DNA of 64,000 nt from an uncultured Acidobacteriota bacterium (GTDB lineage Bacteria > Acidobacteriota > Vicinamibacteria > Vicinamibacterales > SCN-69-37). The stretch lies in NCBI GenBank assembly GCA_963752045.1, contig CAVVWN010000014.1, positions 332,033-396,032 of the forward strand, written 5' to 3'. Both the position numbers and the translations under genes were made by a program. Below, piece by piece: positions 24,490-33,021 of this stretch (position 1 is its first letter; each line of letters starts with the position of its first letter). The notes beneath the pieces are model-generated. The model did no database searches, was not told the origin of the DNA, and saw only the letters and a program-made list of their open reading frames with translations.

Positions 24490-24771
24490 GAGAACAACCA
24501 TGGAGACGTGGAGGTACTGGAGCACGACTTCGTCACGCACCCTGGCCAGGCTGTTGAGCGGCTGACAGCCGGAATGAGTCGCCGTGAGCACCGGGTCGCG
24601 ACTCATTCCGGCTGTCAGCCGCTCAACAGGCCGGCCGAAGGCCGGCGGGCTCCGCCCGCTGGCCAGGGTGCCTGAGGGCACCAAGGCTGGCGTCACAGGC
24701 TCGTCCCTGAAGACTCCACTATCTCCAGTATCTCCACGGTTCATCCGCCTGGCACCTCCATGGTTCCACGG
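24490..24771. repeat. modular palindromic intergenic element, copy 1
   Basis: Nested dyad symmetry read directly from the sequence. It has TGGAG/CTCCA arms, a 12-bp outer stem, a perfect 32-bp inner stem (24551-24582 / 24598-24629) and twin mini-hairpins at 24630-24658. Confidence 0.7.
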
Positions 24772-24802
24772 TCCGGATGAAGCCCACGGGCTCCGCCGAA
24801 GA

Positions 24803-26062
24803 TCAGATGAAATTCAATGTGGGCTTACGGAAGTCGCCGCCGAGGATCTGCTGCGAGTTCGTGCCGAGCCAGTTGTCGAGGACCTGCGCGTAGACGGACC
24901 TGAAGTCCGTCTCGAACCGCACGTCGTTGCCGTTGTTCTCGAGGGTGTCCGACGAGGGATTGAGCGACGGCGCCGTGCCGTAGAGGCCGCCGCGTACCGG
25001 ACCGCCGATGGCCATCATGACGGCAGCCGCGCCATGGTCGGTGCCGGCGCTCGTGTTCTCGTTGATGCGCCGGCCGAACTCGGAGAATTGGACGATGAGC
25101 GTGTCGCCGAGGAGTCCCTGGTTCGCCAGGTCTGTGTAGAACGCGCTCACCGCGGCGTCGACCGTGCCCATGAGGTTCGCGTAGGCACCGTTGACCTGAT
25201 TGGTGCCCTGACTGGCGTGCGTGTCGAACCCACCGGTCTGCACCCAGAACACCCGGGTTCCGATCCCTCGCACGATTGCGCCGCCGACGGCCGCGAGCGC
25301 CTGTCCCAGCCCGCTCGACGGATAGGTCACGGTCGGCACGTACGAGGCCACCGAGCCGACCCGGTCGAGCGTCGCCAGCGCTGCCTGCGCGGTGGCGTTG
25401 ACGAACGAGATGTGCGGACGCTCGGGCGGCAAGTGCGAGGCCATCGCGCTGAGCGCCGCCCTGGAGTACGTCGCTTCGGTACCAGTGTTCGGGCTCTGCA
25501 GCGCGTATCCAGTGACACTCGGAATCGACGGCACGCCGACCGAATCCGACTTGAGGGCGTGCGGCAACTCGCGCACCGTGCTCCAGCCGGCGAGCGGGTC
25601 GATGGGAGACGGCAGCGTTTCGAGGTACCGGCCAAGCCACCCTTCACCGGTGGCGTTGGCCGGGTTGGCGGTCGACCAGATGTCCGTGCCGAGGAAATGC
25701 GAGCGGCTCGAATTCGGATAGCCGGTGCGCTGCACGAGAGCGAGGTTACCCTTGTCGTAGATCTGCTTGAGCCCGGCCAGCCGGGGGTGGAGGCCAAGGG
25801 GCTTGCCGCTGCTGTCGCCGCCGATCTGCAGCACGGTACCGGCCGGCACGGCCAGCGTCGGGCGCCGGCTGTAGTAGAAGGCGTCAGTGTGGGGCACGAC
25901 CATGCTGAGCGCGTCGTTGCCGCCGGACAGATAGAGCACGACGAGGTTGCGCTGCGACGTGCCCTGCGCGAGAACCAGGTCCGATAGAAACGCGGGTGCC
26001 GCAAACCCCACGGTGAACGCCGAAACGCCGCCTCGGATGAACTCGCGTCGCGTGAATGTCAT
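24803..26062 (-). CDS. DUF1501 domain-containing protein (sulfatase-fold, Tat-exported)
   Basis: 419 aa with a Tat signal (MTFTRREFIRGGVSAFTVGF). Family-typical motifs are LSGGNDALSMVVP, GGFDTHA and GTDHG. Confidence 0.9.
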   Translation of the reverse strand: MTFTRREFIRGGVSAFTVGFAAPAFLSDLVLAQGTSQRNLVVLYLSGGNDALSMVVPHTDAFYYSRRPTLAVPAGTVLQIGGDSSGKPLGLHPRLAGLKQIYDKGNLALVQRTGYPNSSRSHFLGTDIWSTANPANATGEGWLGRYLETLPSPIDPLAGWSTVRELPHALKSDSVGVPSIPSVTGYALQSPNTGTEATYSRAALSAMASHLPPERPHISFVNATAQAALATLDRVGSVASYVPTVTYPSSGLGQALAAVGGAIVRGIGTRVFWVQTGGFDTHASQGTNQVNGAYANLMGTVDAAVSAFYTDLANQGLLGDTLIVQFSEFGRRINENTSAGTDHGAAAVMMAIGGPVRGGLYGTAPSLNPSSDTLENNGNDVRFETDFRSVYAQVLDNWLGTNSQQILGGDFRKPTLNFI

Positions 26063-26081
26063 CGGTGTCCCACCCGGGCTC

Positions 26082-27554
26082 CTACACGAACTGGTACTCG
26101 GCCGACCCGGCCAGCACGTGAAAGAGCCCGGCGCTCTTGGCCAGCAGCTGCGTGTCGGATCCAGTCCACGCGCCGCCCGCGCGCACGTAGTCGATCGCCG
26201 ACTGGTACTCGGCCGGCGTCGGCTGGGGCATCGACAACGACTCGTAGGCGAAGTCCACGAGCTGCTCCGGCGTGTCGCGATGGGCCCGCGCCGCGTCGCG
26301 CAACGCCACGCGTTGATTCGTCGCCAGCTGCGATGCGAAGTTCATGCGCGAGAGCATCGATCCGGTCGAGAACCAGCCCGCGCCGACCTCCCAGCCGTTC
26401 ACGTCGGGCGGCTCGTAGAGCTGCTGGCCCATGTTGACCATCGGCGTCAGCGCGTCGTTGACGGAAAACCCGAGATAGCCCACTTCCTTGAGCGCGCGCA
26501 CGACGAACTCGGCCGGCCACGAGTACCGCTGGTGGAAGTGGCGCGGGTCGGCAAACTGCGGCGACGTCAGCACGGCGCGCATCACGGGCCGCATGCTCGT
26601 GTTGTTGGCGAGGTACACGCCGGCGATCGTCGAGACGAACGTCTCGTCGGGCGCCGACGTCTCGCTCACGAACCACGTCCAGAGCCGACGCGCCATCCGG
26701 CGGGCCGTCTCCGGATGCGTGGCGAGCGCGCGAATGAGGTCCAGGCCATCCTGCATGCCGCCGGTCGCCGACCGGCCGGCAATGCGGCTCGCATTCGACG
26801 AGCCCGACGTGTAGATCGGAAAGCTGAAGTCCTTGGCTTCCGTGTCGTGCTGGGCCGGGTTGTAGAAGAACTCGTAGGACGCCGTGCCGGCGTCGGCGCC
26901 ACGAGCCGTGCGCCGCAGGTTCCAGCCGGTGAACACCCGCGCGGCCGCGTACACGTCCTCTTCGGTGTGAAACCCGACGCCCACCGTGAAGAGCTCCATC
27001 AGCTCGCGGCCGAAGTTCTCCTGCGGGGTGCCCTTGAAATTGAGCCGGCCATCGAGCCAGACGAGCATCGCCGGATCCTTTGCCACCTCCACGAGGAGGT
27101 CCTCGAACCGGCCGAGCGCGAACTGACGGAAGAGCTCAATCTGACCCCGATGCCCCGTTGGATCCTCCGACGGCTTGGCGGCCATCAGCCGGGTCGCATC
27201 GGCGGCCCCGTACACGCCCGCGATCTTGCTGTAGGCCGTCGCGAAGTGATGGTGCCAGACGAGCGCCATCCGCTCCTCGAGCGGCGCCGGCGTGTGCACC
27301 ATGCGGAAGAGCCAGCGCTGGCGCGCCTGGTTGATGTTCGTGTTCGGCGTGAACCGCGCGCCGAGGTTGATACCGATGTACCCGGGCGTGCCGATGTAGC
27401 GATCGACGTCGGTCGCCGCCGGGTTGAAGCCGAGCAACGCGTCGACGAGATAGCGGTCGCTGTAGCTGCCTGAGTATTTCTCGCGATCGGCCGGAGTGAG
27501 GCCGAAACCGGCCCGGCGGAACAGGTGTTCGACGAAGGGAGCCGGACGCGCCAT
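26082..27554 (-). CDS. DUF1800 domain-containing protein
   Basis: 490 aa starting FVEHLFRRAGFGLTPADRE. This is the usual upstream partner of DUF1501. Confidence 0.9.
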   Translation of the reverse strand: MARPAPFVEHLFRRAGFGLTPADREKYSGSYSDRYLVDALLGFNPAATDVDRYIGTPGYIGINLGARFTPNTNINQARQRWLFRMVHTPAPLEERMALVWHHHFATAYSKIAGVYGAADATRLMAAKPSEDPTGHRGQIELFRQFALGRFEDLLVEVAKDPAMLVWLDGRLNFKGTPQENFGRELMELFTVGVGFHTEEDVYAAARVFTGWNLRRTARGADAGTASYEFFYNPAQHDTEAKDFSFPIYTSGSSNASRIAGRSATGGMQDGLDLIRALATHPETARRMARRLWTWFVSETSAPDETFVSTIAGVYLANNTSMRPVMRAVLTSPQFADPRHFHQRYSWPAEFVVRALKEVGYLGFSVNDALTPMVNMGQQLYEPPDVNGWEVGAGWFSTGSMLSRMNFASQLATNQRVALRDAARAHRDTPEQLVDFAYESLSMPQPTPAEYQSAIDYVRAGGAWTGSDTQLLAKSAGLFHVLAGSAEYQFV

Positions 27555-27640
27555 ATGGCTTTCGGAACGGCTAATGCTAGCAGAACCGCAGGCCGGCGAC
27601 GAGCGACAATACCGTAAGCGCGCAGGTACTCGGGGGCGGC

Positions 27641-27670
27641 ATGAACGCGTCGGCCGTCACCCGTTAGAAT
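27641..27670 (+). promoter_or_regulatory. candidate sigma-70-type promoter giving a near-leaderless transcript
   Basis: ATGAAC-N18-TAGAAT, with the -10 hexamer ending 11 nt before ATG 27682. No Shine-Dalgarno sequence lies between them. Confidence 0.3.
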
Positions 27671-27681
27671 GACCGTCTGCC

Positions 27682-28068
27682 ATGTTGAAGCGGACTGCGC
27701 TCGGGGCCCTCACCGCCGGCTCGTTCCTCGTCGCCGCGTGCGGCGGCTCGGACACACCCACGACCCCGACACAACCACCAGTCTCGACGACGACGATCAC
27801 GATCACGACGGCCGGCGTGACGCCGAAGAACATCGAGGTCGCCCTCGGCGCCCGGGTCCGCTTCGTCAACAACGACACGCGTGCGCACAACATGACCTCC
27901 GACCCGCACCCGGACCACACCGACTGCCCGGAAATCAACCAGGCCGGGTTCCTCCAGCCCGGGCAATCACGGGAGACGGGCAATCTGGTCCAGGCGCGCA
28001 CGTGCGGCTTTCACGACCACGACAATCCGACTAACGCGGCCCTGCGTGGGTCGATCACGATCAAATGA
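27682..28068 (+). CDS. cupredoxin-like lipoprotein
   Basis: 128 aa with a lipobox (FLVAAC) and a Thr/Pro linker. The single beta-sandwich-sized domain contains VRFVNNDTRAHNMTSDPHPDHTDC and CGFHDHDNP (His/Cys candidate metal ligands). Confidence 0.7.
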   Translation: MLKRTALGALTAGSFLVAACGGSDTPTTPTQPPVSTTTITITTAGVTPKNIEVALGARVRFVNNDTRAHNMTSDPHPDHTDCPEINQAGFLQPGQSRETGNLVQARTCGFHDHDNPTNAALRGSITIK

Positions 28069-28595
28069 CCACACTCCGCACCTCGGTCTTTCTCGCAACG
28101 GCGCTCTTCGCCGTGGTCGTGCCAGCGGCCGCACAGCCAAGGCCCGTCACCGTGGCGTTCGGCGCGACCTACTTCCGGGAACAGCCACCAGGCGACTTTC
28201 CGGCCGAGACCTACGACACGGGCTGGGCCGTCTCGGTCGGCGACACCATCTGGAAGGGCCTCGGCGCGGTGTTCGATGCCGGAGCCAACAAGCGGACCAA
28301 CTTCTTCGACGAGGAGCAGAAGCTCACCTACTACCTCTTCGGCGCCCGTTACGACATCACGGAGTCAGGCTGGCTGCGAACGTACGGGCAGGTCCTCTTC
28401 GGACGCGAGACGTTCACCGAACCCGGGTTCACCGAGCACGGATTCGCGATTCAGCCGGGCGGCGGCATCGACGTCTACGTCTGGCACGGCATCGGCGGAC
28501 GCCTCCAGGTGGACTACCGGATCACCGACTACGACGAAGCAAGGTTCAAGGACTGGCGCGTGTTCTTCGGCGGCGTCGCAGCATTCGGCTGGTAG
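28065..28595 (+). CDS. outer-membrane beta-barrel protein (OmpW/OmpA-barrel-like)
   Basis: 176 aa with a signal peptide and alternating beta-strand pattern. The C-terminus ends ...GGVAAFGW. There is an ATGA overlap with the upstream gene. Confidence 0.7.
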   Translation: MTTLRTSVFLATALFAVVVPAAAQPRPVTVAFGATYFREQPPGDFPAETYDTGWAVSVGDTIWKGLGAVFDAGANKRTNFFDEEQKLTYYLFGARYDITESGWLRTYGQVLFGRETFTEPGFTEHGFAIQPGGGIDVYVWHGIGGRLQVDYRITDYDEARFKDWRVFFGGVAAFGW

Positions 28596-28611
28596 GCAAG
28601 ATGATCGACGG

Positions 28612-29505
28612 ATGAGCGAACGAGGCATCGCGCCCCCCGGTCATCGCCTGCCGCACGGCACGCGTGTGGGACGCGTCACGCTGCAGGTCGCCGACCTCGA
28701 CCGTTCGCTCGCCTTCTACCGCGACCTCGTCGGCTTCGAGGTGCTCGACCGTTCGACAATGAGTGGCCGGGCGGCGGTCCTCGGGCCGACGGCGCGCTCC
28801 GAGGACCTGATCGTCCTGCACGAAAAGCCGGGCGTCCGGCCGGTACCGCGCCGGGGCCTCCTCGGCCTCTACCACTTCGCCCTGCTCCTGCCCGACCGCG
28901 GTTCGCTCGGACGATTCGTCCGGCATGCCGGCGACCTTGACATCCCGATGGGTTCGGCCGACCACCTGGTGAGCGAGGCCCTGTACCTCACCGACCCGGA
29001 CGGCCTGGGGATGGAGATCTACGCGGACCGGGCGCGGAGCACCTGGGGCCTTCGCAATGGCGAGTACGTGATGGCCGTCGACCCGCTCGACATCGGGAGC
29101 CTCCTCCCGGCTGCCGGTGACGAGCTCTGGCGCGGAGTACCGGCCGGCTCGACCATCGGCCACGTCCACTTTCACGTGGGCGATCTCGCCCGCGCCGAGG
29201 CCTTCTACCACCGGGGCCTCGGCTTCGACAAAGTCGCGTGGAGTTTTCCGGGCGCGCTCTTCGTCTCGGCCGGCGGCTATCACCACCACGTGGGCCTGAA
29301 CACCTGGGCCGCTGGCGCGCCGGCGGCCTCGGAGACCGACGCGCGGCTGCTCGAATGGAGCCTCGTGCTGCCGGACGACGACGACGTGGAGCGGGCCGTC
29401 CGGAGCCTCTCGGAGGCCGGCTTCGAGCCCGCGCCGGCGAGCGCCGGCACGGCCGTTGCTGATCCGTGGGGCATCCGCGTGAGGCTCGTCGGCAAGTCCG
29501 GGTAG
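28612..29505 (+). CDS. VOC family protein (two-domain glyoxalase/extradiol dioxygenase-like)
   Basis: ATG 28612, 297 aa. It has two VOC modules (VGRVTLQVADLDRSLAFYRDLVGFEV ... IGHVHFHVGDLARAEAFYHRGLGF) and GGYHHHVGLNTW. Confidence 0.85.
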   Translation: MSERGIAPPGHRLPHGTRVGRVTLQVADLDRSLAFYRDLVGFEVLDRSTMSGRAAVLGPTARSEDLIVLHEKPGVRPVPRRGLLGLYHFALLLPDRGSLGRFVRHAGDLDIPMGSADHLVSEALYLTDPDGLGMEIYADRARSTWGLRNGEYVMAVDPLDIGSLLPAAGDELWRGVPAGSTIGHVHFHVGDLARAEAFYHRGLGFDKVAWSFPGALFVSAGGYHHHVGLNTWAAGAPAASETDARLLEWSLVLPDDDDVERAVRSLSEAGFEPAPASAGTAVADPWGIRVRLVGKSG

Positions 29506-29665
29506 CGACGCCGGCCCGTCGCCGTCCGGTGGTGAAATTCGACGCTCGCTGGTCGTTTTCCGCACCCTGCCGCCAGGCCGGCGTCCGTCACGAGGCAGAC
29601 CGGCTGGCGGCTCCGGTACGCGGTTTGCTCCAATAATCCAGTACGCCAGAGGGGAGGGCGCAGTC

Positions 29666-30028
29666 ATGAGACGCTTCCTCGGATTCCTGGTGGGCGCGGC
29701 CATCCTCAGCATGCCGCTCACGGTGAGCGCGCACCATCACCTCAATCACCAGTTCTTCATCTACTGCGGGTACAGCACGAACTACATGCCGGACGCACAC
29801 GTGACGATCTCGTACGCCGGCGGCTCGCAGTCGGGCATGGCCAGGTCTCCACACGGCGACATTACGTTCAGACTGCCAGGTGAAGTGACCGAGGCCCAAC
29901 TAATCGTCACCTACGACGGGTACTGCCCCTTTGACGAACAGATCCAGCTGTCGGAGAGGCCCAGGAAGGGCGGACGCGGCTACTGGATCGGCATCTATCC
30001 GGGATGCCAGCCCGAACCGCAGCGTTGA
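29666..30028 (+). CDS. exported hypothetical protein (His/Cys-containing)
   Basis: 120 aa. A strong SD (GGGGAGGG) sits 7 nt upstream. The signal peptide MRRFLGFLVGAAILSMPLTVSA is followed by HHHLNH. I recognise no family. Confidence 0.6.
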   Translation: MRRFLGFLVGAAILSMPLTVSAHHHLNHQFFIYCGYSTNYMPDAHVTISYAGGSQSGMARSPHGDITFRLPGEVTEAQLIVTYDGYCPFDEQIQLSERPRKGGRGYWIGIYPGCQPEPQR

Positions 30029-30068
30029 GGTATCGCCGGGTCACGATTCGTGGCACGATTGCAGAATC

Positions 30069-32228
30069 GTGGCCACGCGGCCCCGGCCCGCTTCCGAACG
30101 CTCCGTGCCCTCCGGCTATCCCTGTGCGTCCCTGACCGTCGTCCTGGTCCGCCCGACGCGCTATGACGAGGACGGTTACGTGGTGCGGCACTGGCGTGGC
30201 ACGCTTCCGAGCAACACGCTGAGCTGCCTGAACGGACTGACCAACGACGCGGTGGCGAGCGGCGCGCTCGGCACGCTCCCGGTCGAGGTCCTCGCCTTCG
30301 ACGAGGCGGTGGACCGTATCGATCCGCGCCGGCTGGGCCGTAGGCTCAGACGGCCCGGCGCGCGCGTGCTCGTGGCGCTCGCCGGCGTCCAGACCAACCA
30401 GTTCCCGCGCGCCTGCGACCTCGGGCGCGCGTTCCTCGCCGAAGGCTTCGACGTGATGATGGGCGGATTCCACGTCAGCGGCTCGACGGCCACCGCTCAC
30501 GCGATCACTCCCGAGTGCCAGGCCGCTCTCGACGCGGGCATCACGCTCGTGCTCGGCGAGGTGGAGGACCATTGGACGCAGCTGCTCAAGGACGCCGCGG
30601 CCGGACGCCTCGAGCCGCTGTACGACTTCCTGCAGGTGCCGCCAGATCTTCAGGCCAAGCCCCTGCCGAAAGTCTCGCTGCGGCTGCAGAAGAAGTTCGC
30701 GGTGCGCGGTTACGGGACGATTGACGCCGGGCGCGGCTGTCCGTTCACCTGCTCGTTCTGCACCATCATCAACGTGCAGGGCCGGACGATGCGGAGCCGC
30801 GGCGCGGCGCACATCATCGATCACATCCGGTCGCACTATCGCATCGACGGCGGGAAGGGCATCAACCACTACTTCTTCACCGACGACAACTTCTCGCGCA
30901 ACCCCGAGTGGGAAGCGATCTTCGACGGCCTGATCGAGCTTCGCGAGCGCGAGGGCATGGCCATCGACTTCATGATGCAGGTCGACACGCAGGCGCCGCG
31001 CATCCCGCGATTCGTCGAGAAGGCGGCGCGCGCCGGGTGCGTGCAGGTGTTCATCGGCATGGAGTCGCTGCGCGACGACAACCTGAAGGCAGCCAGCAAG
31101 CGGCAGAACAAGGTGAACGGGTATCGCGACCTCATCGCCACCTGGCACGAGGCGGGCGTCCTCTGCCATGTCGGGTTCATCATCGGGTTCCCGCACGACA
31201 CGTACGACCGAATCATGGAGGACGTGCGAACCCTTCGCGACGAACTGCTCGTGGACCAGGCATCGTTCTTCGTGCTCACGCCGCTGCCGGGCTCGCGCGA
31301 TCACCGCGAGGCGGTCGATGCCGGGGTTCCGATGGACCCCGACTTCAACAACTTCGACTCGTTCCGGGTCGTGACGCCGCATCCGCGCATGTCCGACGAC
31401 GACTGGATGCGCGCGTACCGCGACGCCTGGACGTCGTTCTATTCGCTCGAGCACATGCGCCAGGCGCTGCTCCGCCAGAATCCGCATACCTACTGGGGCA
31501 TGCTCAAGTGTTTCCTCTGGTACCGCGCGTCGATGGTGGAGGGCACGCACCCGATGGTGACGGGTTTCGTGCGGCTCAAGGACCGCCGGTCGCGCAGGCC
31601 CGGCCTGCCGCTCGAGAGCCGGTGGGCGTTCGCGCGCCGAAGGGCGCGCGACCTGACCTCGCTCGTGGTCGGCTACGGCAAGCTCGTCCTGGAAATGCAG
31701 GAGCTCTGGCTGTCGACGCGCATTCGCCACGACGAGTACGCCTTCGCCGGCGACCTGCGCGCGTTCAGGCAGAAGGCCGCGGCCGCGCTCGACATCAAGA
31801 CCGGCTGGGGCCGTATGCATGCGGCGCTCGCCCAGCGGCTCGACGAGCTGCGAGCCTCGGCCGAAGCGCCCGCCGCGCGCGTGAGCGCCGCGATGACCGA
31901 CCGGCTCGACGCGCTCAAGCAGGCGCTCGGCACGCGGGCCGATGGCCTGGCGCGCGCCGCGGCCGCGACGCGGGAGCTCCGCCTCCCGAGCTTGCCGCCG
32001 CTCAGGCCGCCGTCCGTGGTGCGCCGAGCTGCGCGGCGCGTGAACCTGTTTCACGCGCCGAGTCTCGAGGCGCGGCGGGCGCTCACGGCCTATTGGCAGC
32101 AGACGTCGGCAGACCTGCGCTCCTGGCGCGTGTGGCGCCTCAATCCATTTGTGCTGGCCTGGAACGGCGCCCGCGACGTGAAGAACACCATCGTGTTCTT
32201 CACCGTGATGGCACTGGAGCGCTACTGA
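30069..32228 (+). CDS. B12-binding domain-containing (class B) radical SAM protein with a long C-terminal helical extension
   Basis: A Rossmann-like B12 domain (VALAGVQTNQFPRACDLGRAF..GFDVMMGGFHVSG) is followed by the CxxxCxxC cluster motif in GRGCPFTCSFCTIINVQG. The start is uncertain (GTG 30069 or 30105). Confidence 0.85.
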   Translation: MATRPRPASERSVPSGYPCASLTVVLVRPTRYDEDGYVVRHWRGTLPSNTLSCLNGLTNDAVASGALGTLPVEVLAFDEAVDRIDPRRLGRRLRRPGARVLVALAGVQTNQFPRACDLGRAFLAEGFDVMMGGFHVSGSTATAHAITPECQAALDAGITLVLGEVEDHWTQLLKDAAAGRLEPLYDFLQVPPDLQAKPLPKVSLRLQKKFAVRGYGTIDAGRGCPFTCSFCTIINVQGRTMRSRGAAHIIDHIRSHYRIDGGKGINHYFFTDDNFSRNPEWEAIFDGLIELREREGMAIDFMMQVDTQAPRIPRFVEKAARAGCVQVFIGMESLRDDNLKAASKRQNKVNGYRDLIATWHEAGVLCHVGFIIGFPHDTYDRIMEDVRTLRDELLVDQASFFVLTPLPGSRDHREAVDAGVPMDPDFNNFDSFRVVTPHPRMSDDDWMRAYRDAWTSFYSLEHMRQALLRQNPHTYWGMLKCFLWYRASMVEGTHPMVTGFVRLKDRRSRRPGLPLESRWAFARRRARDLTSLVVGYGKLVLEMQELWLSTRIRHDEYAFAGDLRAFRQKAAAALDIKTGWGRMHAALAQRLDELRASAEAPAARVSAAMTDRLDALKQALGTRADGLARAAAATRELRLPSLPPLRPPSVVRRAARRVNLFHAPSLEARRALTAYWQQTSADLRSWRVWRLNPFVLAWNGARDVKNTIVFFTVMALERY

Positions 32229-32231
32229 GCG

Positions 32232-32996
32232 TCAGCGCCAGCCCTGGCGACGAGGCTGCCAGTGATGGGCGCGGTGCGCGACGAGGTACTCAGGCCGCGC
32301 GAAGAGCTTCACGAGCACGACGCCGGCCACGAACCCGCCCACGTGGGCCCAGAAGGCCACCCCACCGCCTTCACCCGATACCGCCATGCTCGAGAAGCCG
32401 CCCAGGAGCTGCAGCGCCATCCAGTACAGCAGCATGACCCACGCGGGCAGGGCGACGGTGGTGATGAAGAATCCGAGCGGCACGAGCGTGAAGACGCGCA
32501 CGCGGGGAAACAGCACGAGGTAGCCGCCCATCACGCCGCTGATCGCGCCCGACGCGCCCACCATCGGGATGATCGAATCCGGCTCGGCCACGACCTGGAG
32601 CGCCGCGGCCGCCAGGCCGCAGGCCAGGTAGAAGACCACGAAGCGCGAGCGGGTCATCGAGTCCTCGACGTTGTTGCCGAAGAGCCAGAGAAACCACATG
32701 TTGCCGATGAGGTGCATCCACGACCCGTGGAGGAACATCGACGTCAGCACGTTCACGGTCTGCCGGCCCGGGTCGATCTGGCACACGAGGTTGCCGCCCA
32801 TCTCGAACCCGGATCCGACCTGCGCCAGCCCGGTCAGCTCACCGGGAATCAGGCCAAGATTGCAGACCGACGTGGCGAGCGGCACCATCGAGCCGGCGCC
32901 CTGGACGACGAGCCACGCGAGCACGCACATCGCGATGAACACGAGCGTGACGACGGCCGTGCGCTGCGCTTCGTTCTCGTCGTGATAGGGAATCAT
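32232..32996 (-). CDS. rhomboid family intramembrane serine protease
   Basis: 254 aa with FLHGSWMHLIGNMWFLWLFG, GASGAISGVMG and the catalytic His region AFWAHVGGF. Confidence 0.9.
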   Translation of the reverse strand: MIPYHDENEAQRTAVVTLVFIAMCVLAWLVVQGAGSMVPLATSVCNLGLIPGELTGLAQVGSGFEMGGNLVCQIDPGRQTVNVLTSMFLHGSWMHLIGNMWFLWLFGNNVEDSMTRSRFVVFYLACGLAAAALQVVAEPDSIIPMVGASGAISGVMGGYLVLFPRVRVFTLVPLGFFITTVALPAWVMLLYWMALQLLGGFSSMAVSGEGGGVAFWAHVGGFVAGVVLVKLFARPEYLVAHRAHHWQPRRQGWR

Positions 32997-33021
32997 CGAT
33001 CGGCCGCCTGCGTCCGGATCA

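Noticed and set aside
24467-27582. Identical 9-mer ATGCTAGCA (core palindrome TGCTAGCA) upstream of both the PHM-like gene (24467-24475) and the DUF1800 gene (27574-27582)
   Set aside because: It is tempting as a shared operator for the two linked units. However, a single 9-mer recurring once in 64 kb is within chance expectation, and I cannot test conservation here.
29907-32054. 715-aa minus-strand ORF opposite the radical SAM gene
   Set aside because: It is a shadow ORF. It has no recognisable domains, whereas the + frame carries the B12-binding and CxxxCxxC motifs.
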